Source of the DNA: Candidatus Woesearchaeota archaeon
GTDB taxonomy: Archaea > Nanobdellota > Nanobdellia > Pacearchaeales > GW2011-AR1
Direction: 5' to 3'
Assembly (NCBI GenBank): GCA_964490795.1
Contig: CAZBDY010000001.1
Coordinates: forward strand, 24,806 to 88,805
Length of the DNA: 64,000 bases
Both the position numbers and the translations under genes were made by a program. The notes below the pieces were generated by a model. That model was not told the origin of the DNA. It saw nothing but the letters and a program-made list of their open reading frames with translations, and did not search any database. This document shows, piece after piece, positions 60,524 to 64,000 of this stretch; position 1 is the first letter of the stretch, and each line of letters opens with the position of its first letter.

Positions 60524-60886
60524 TTATTTTTTCTTTTCTTGATTATTACTTTTAAATTTTTCCTTAATCTTTTTTTCTAATTTTTTCCTTTTCCTTTTCC
60601 TTCCCATTCTTGTAACTGTCACCATAATAAATATAACTGCAATAGTAACAATCACCGCTGAAAAAATATCATACATGTAAGGTTTTGAAAACCAGCCAAC
60701 ATTAATTAAAAACTCATCAATAAGACTTCTAATAGCGTCTCTCCAAACTAATGCAATAATAAAACCAAAACTTGCAACTACTGGCCCAGTCACATCACTT
60801 TTTATTTCGTCTTTGATTGCTTCTAACTCTCCTTTTAATTTAGCTATAACTTCTTTTTTTGGCTTTTTATTTTCTTCTTTTTTCAT
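60524..60886 (-). CDS. Small membrane protein (DUF5654-like)
   Basis: SFGFIIALVWRDAI. Confidence 0.7.
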   Translation of the reverse strand: MKKEENKKPKKEVIAKLKGELEAIKDEIKSDVTGPVVASFGFIIALVWRDAIRSLIDEFLINVGWFSKPYMYDIFSAVIVTIAVIFIMVTVTRMGRKRKRKKLEKKIKEKFKSNNQEKKK

Positions 60887-60921
60887 ATTTAAATTAATTA
60901 TTTTTTATTTTTAAACTTATC

Positions 60922-61257
60922 TCAACACTCACTTCTAACTCTATCTGTACTTTCAGCTATTTTCTCACTATTAAAACAAACTAAATTTTCTTTTTTAATT
61001 CTATCAGCATAATAGCAGGTACAAAGATAATATTTATCTGAATTAATACTTCCTACAAATTTAGCTCCTTTTTCACATCCTAACTCTATACATTTTTTTT
61101 GATTTTCACTTAATTTTTCTGGATTTGGATATTCTCTGTTATTAGAATAAAAATAAACAATTACTGAAAATAAAATAAGAAATAATAAAATTACTATAAC
61201 TAATATGACTGAATATTTTTTATTAGGTTTTATTTCTTTTTGATATTCTTGTTTCAT
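60922..61257 (-). CDS. Membrane-anchored protein with Ada-metal-binding-like domain
   Basis: FVGSINSDKYY.C.C...RI...N..CF. Confidence 0.65.
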   Translation of the reverse strand: MKQEYQKEIKPNKKYSVILVIVILLFLILFSVIVYFYSNNREYPNPEKLSENQKKCIELGCEKGAKFVGSINSDKYYLCTCYYADRIKKENLVCFNSEKIAESTDRVRSEC

Positions 61258-61570
61258 TTTGTGAAGATTTCCATTTCTTTTTTCCAGAAGGAACCACATA
61301 AATTTTTTGAACTTTAAATGACTTATAAACTGACTCTAAAATATCAGTTCCAGCATAACCAGCTAATAAAGATAACCTATAATCAAAATTAAAAATTAAA
61401 CCAACAAACATTCCTATTAACATAGCAACAAAAGCAGTTATAATCCAATACCCCCATAATATCTGTCTCTTTAAAGCCATAGCTTTTAATAATCCTACCA
61501 ATCCACGAGTTAAACCTCCAGCCATTCCTAATGCTCCTGGCAATATTAATGTTGATATTAATTCATTCAT
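61223..61570 (-). CDS. Hypothetical membrane protein
   Basis: GALGMAGGLTRGLVG, LAGYAGTDILE; GAGG RBS. Confidence 0.7.
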   Translation of the reverse strand: MNELISTLILPGALGMAGGLTRGLVGLLKAMALKRQILWGYWIITAFVAMLIGMFVGLIFNFDYRLSLLAGYAGTDILESVYKSFKVQKIYVVPSGKKKWKSSQNETRISKRNKT

Positions 61571-61669
61571 TTTTCCTCTTTTTTATTATTAGATTTCAAT
61601 AATTTTTAAATGTTTTCTTTGTTCTGTATCACCATAAAATTTAAATAACTCTGTAAAAAGGATTAAGGC

Positions 61670-62101
61670 ATGGAAGAAAAAAAATCAAGAAGTTACAGAG
61701 ATTTAATTGTCGATAGCCCCTTTATTGCAGAGTTTTATTGTGAAAAAGGAGTTTATAGACCTATAGTTAATGAAAATCCAAGAAAAGCAAATATCCCAGT
61801 TTTAAATGAAGATTTTATTAGAGCAGGAAATATTATTAGAAGAGCAACAGGAACGTGTTTTTATGATGCTAATTTTGATGAAAACCCAAGATATATATCA
61901 AGAAAAGGAAATTCATTAAGTTGTAGTCAAAATGGATTAAATGAGGTTTTTTATATTATGGGAGGTATTGTTGCTTTAAAAAGATCTAATCCCTCAATAT
62001 TTTTAATTCATGAAACAAAAAAAGGGTTACAAGATCTTTCTTTTAGAACAGGATTGCCACTGCCTTTAACTGAAAGAGTAACTGGCAAAGAGTTAGAATA
62101 A
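61670..62101 (+). CDS. Hypothetical protein
   Basis: 143-aa ORF occupying the gap. Confidence 0.6.
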   Translation: MEEKKSRSYRDLIVDSPFIAEFYCEKGVYRPIVNENPRKANIPVLNEDFIRAGNIIRRATGTCFYDANFDENPRYISRKGNSLSCSQNGLNEVFYIMGGIVALKRSNPSIFLIHETKKGLQDLSFRTGLPLPLTERVTGKELE

Positions 62102-62401
62102 TTATTTTTTAAATTTAATATGTTTTTTTCCTATCTTGCTTTTATATTCATGATTTCTTTTACATAATTTACAATAATAAGTTTTATTATGATATGGTTT
62201 ATATCTTGAAAATATCTTAACAAAATCAGAAGCATATTTTTGGCTTGGTTTTTTTCCTGTTCTTAAACTTCTTCTTGCACTTCTCCATAAAATCTGATTA
62301 ATTAATTCTTCTACTGTTAAAAAATCTCTTTTAGCTCTTTTTTTCAGTTCATCTACAAGTTCTTTATCTAATCTTACTGAGAAAGTTTTCTTCTTCACCA
62401 T
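62102..62401 (-). CDS. RHH-like DNA-binding protein with C-terminal zinc finger
   Basis: TFSVRLDKEL; CKLCKRNH...H. Confidence 0.7.
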   Translation of the reverse strand: MVKKKTFSVRLDKELVDELKKRAKRDFLTVEELINQILWRSARRSLRTGKKPSQKYASDFVKIFSRYKPYHNKTYYCKLCKRNHEYKSKIGKKHIKFKK

Positions 62402-62430
62402 CTTTTTATTATTCTAATTTAATTAGATAT

Positions 62431-62580
62431 TTAAGTTTTTCTCTTCAGTTCTCTCTGATTTAGATAAACCATTAATACTGCTATAACAATAAACAACCAA
62501 TCAATAAAAAAAGTTAAAGCTAAAGATACTAATCCTATCAAAGAATATATTATAACTTTTTTATTTAACTTCTTTTTCAT
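62431..62580 (-). CDS. 49-aa membrane protein (below ORF-track cutoff)
   Basis: MKKKLNKKVIIYSLIGLVSLALTFFIDWLFIVIAVLMVYLNQRELKRKT*; ATGA overlap with the helicase stop. Confidence 0.65.
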   Translation of the reverse strand: MKKKLNKKVIIYSLIGLVSLALTFFIDWLFIVIAVLMVYLNQRELKRKT

Positions 62581-63932
62581 CTTCTTCTAGAAAAATTCCT
62601 TTTCCTACCATCTCTCCTATTTTCTCTTCTGTCATTTTTCCTACCATCTCTGTTCCTATCATTTCTTCCAAAATTTTTGTTTCCTCTTCTGCCCTCTTTT
62701 CTGTCATTTTTCCTATTATTTCTTTTATCTCTCCAATCCCCCTTGTCTTTGTCATTTCTTCCAAAATTTTTGTTTCTAAAACCCCTTTTAAATTTCCTAC
62801 TATCATCAACAACTATTTTTACTTTTTTTACATAAGGGGTTGCTTGTTTTTTAATATCTGTTTCAATACCTTTTAAAACAGCTGTAAAATTATCATAATC
62901 TCTGCTAGCAAGAATATTAATTGCCTTTCCTTTTTCACCTGCTCTGGCTGTTCTTCCAATCCTATGAGTATATTCTTTTCCTGTTTTTGGGATATCATAG
63001 TTATAAATATGGCTTACATTTTTAATATCTAAACCTCTTGCCGCCACATCTGTTGCAACTAAAACTTTAATATTGCTTTTATGAAATCTTTCCATAGTGC
63101 TTGTCCTTTTACTTTGAGAAAAACCACCATGGATTGCAATAGCATTAATGTTATTAATTTTAAGATTTTCAGCAACAAAATCAACATTTCTTTTTGTATT
63201 GCAAAAAACCATCACTAAATCTGATTTTTCATTTTTCAATAAATGAACAAGTAAAGAAAATTTTAAACCATCTGGAACATCATAATATATTTGTTCTAGA
63301 TTTTCTTCAGAAACATAATTTTCAGCACTTATTTTAATTGGATTTTTCATATATCTTTCCCCAATTTTTTCAATTTCATAAGAAATAGTAGCTGAAAATA
63401 ATAATGTTTGTTTATTTTTATTACATAAAGAAACTATTTTTTCTACATCATCAATAAAACCCATGTCTAACATTCTGTCTGCTTCATCTAAAACAAGTGT
63501 CTGAATTTCATTTAAATAAATTGTATTTCTATTTATATGGTCTAATAATCTTCCTGGTGTTCCTACAATTATATCAGCTTTTTTCAATGCTTTAATTTGA
63601 TTTACTATAGAAACTCCTCCATAAACTGCTACGCTTCTTAAAGGGTTATACTTAGAGAATTTTTTTATAGTATCATTAATTTGTTGTGCAAGTTCTCTTG
63701 TTGGAGTTAGTATTAATGCCTGAATTCCTTTTCCTGGTTTTGAATTTTGAATTATTCTTGAAATAAATGCAAGTGTTTTTCCACTTCCAGTTGCAGAGCC
63801 AGCTATAATATCCTTACCTTTTAATATTAAAGGAATTGTTTTGTCCTGAATTTCACTTGGTTTTTCAAATTTATGTTCTTTTATGACTTTTATTATTCCT
63901 TCACCTAAACCTAGTTTTCTAAAATTTTCCAT
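62577..63932 (-). CDS. DEAD-box RNA helicase
   Basis: ATGSGKT, PTRELA, TPGR, DEAD, SAT, ARGLD, HRIGRTAR; R/D/N-rich tail. Confidence 0.97.
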   Translation of the reverse strand: MENFRKLGLGEGIIKVIKEHKFEKPSEIQDKTIPLILKGKDIIAGSATGSGKTLAFISRIIQNSKPGKGIQALILTPTRELAQQINDTIKKFSKYNPLRSVAVYGGVSIVNQIKALKKADIIVGTPGRLLDHINRNTIYLNEIQTLVLDEADRMLDMGFIDDVEKIVSLCNKNKQTLLFSATISYEIEKIGERYMKNPIKISAENYVSEENLEQIYYDVPDGLKFSLLVHLLKNEKSDLVMVFCNTKRNVDFVAENLKINNINAIAIHGGFSQSKRTSTMERFHKSNIKVLVATDVAARGLDIKNVSHIYNYDIPKTGKEYTHRIGRTARAGEKGKAINILASRDYDNFTAVLKGIETDIKKQATPYVKKVKIVVDDSRKFKRGFRNKNFGRNDKDKGDWRDKRNNRKNDRKEGRRGNKNFGRNDRNRDGRKNDRRENRRDGRKRNFSRRR

Positions 63933-64000
63933 GTTTTTGTTTAAATTTATATTTACACTATTTACTATATTGTTTTATTAAAAAAAGAAAAAGATAATTC

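Noticed and set aside
62590..62800. Imperfect DNA repeats at the helicase 3' end
   Set aside because: They encode the ordinary low-complexity R/D/N-rich tail of DEAD-box helicases

Overview
Low-GC archaeal chromosome segment, most consistent with a DPANN lineage such as Pacearchaeota/Woesearchaeota. This is an inference from dph5, TrmB, class III pilins, an archaeosortase and the compact gene content. Left part (1-31.9 kb): type IV pilus operon, SRP RNA, surface glycosylation cluster with an archaeosortase and its PEF(G)-CTERM substrate, tRNA-Leu, argS, mtaB-like, trmB, ileS (non-canonical GVHH/EMHKS motifs) and dph5. Centre (31.9-53.4 kb), the main discovery: an integron-like gene-cassette array. 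A tyrosine recombinase lacking the IntI-specific insertion is transcribed divergently from an attI-like site. It is followed by 6-7 cassettes delimited by attC-like hairpins (AAC...GAT-GTT-N6-AAT), and in each intact cassette the first bases are the reverse complement of its own R'' box. The cassettes are also zipped by long segmented inverted repeats outside attC and can be very large. Cargo includes an 8.2 kb 12-gene copper/redox operon, a kinase/NTase/HAD-MTase/TIM-barrel operon, NadE + arginine decarboxylase + C39-like peptidase, ORFans and toxin-antitoxin modules. The att sites decay with distance from the integrase. Right part (53.5-64 kb): tatD-GGDEF-tsaC, tRNA-Ser, thyA-tmk, rpsJ, a NUDIX pseudogene, nuclease, uppP, RelBE and a DEAD-box helicase. 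All calls were made by eye from motifs; no database searches were run.
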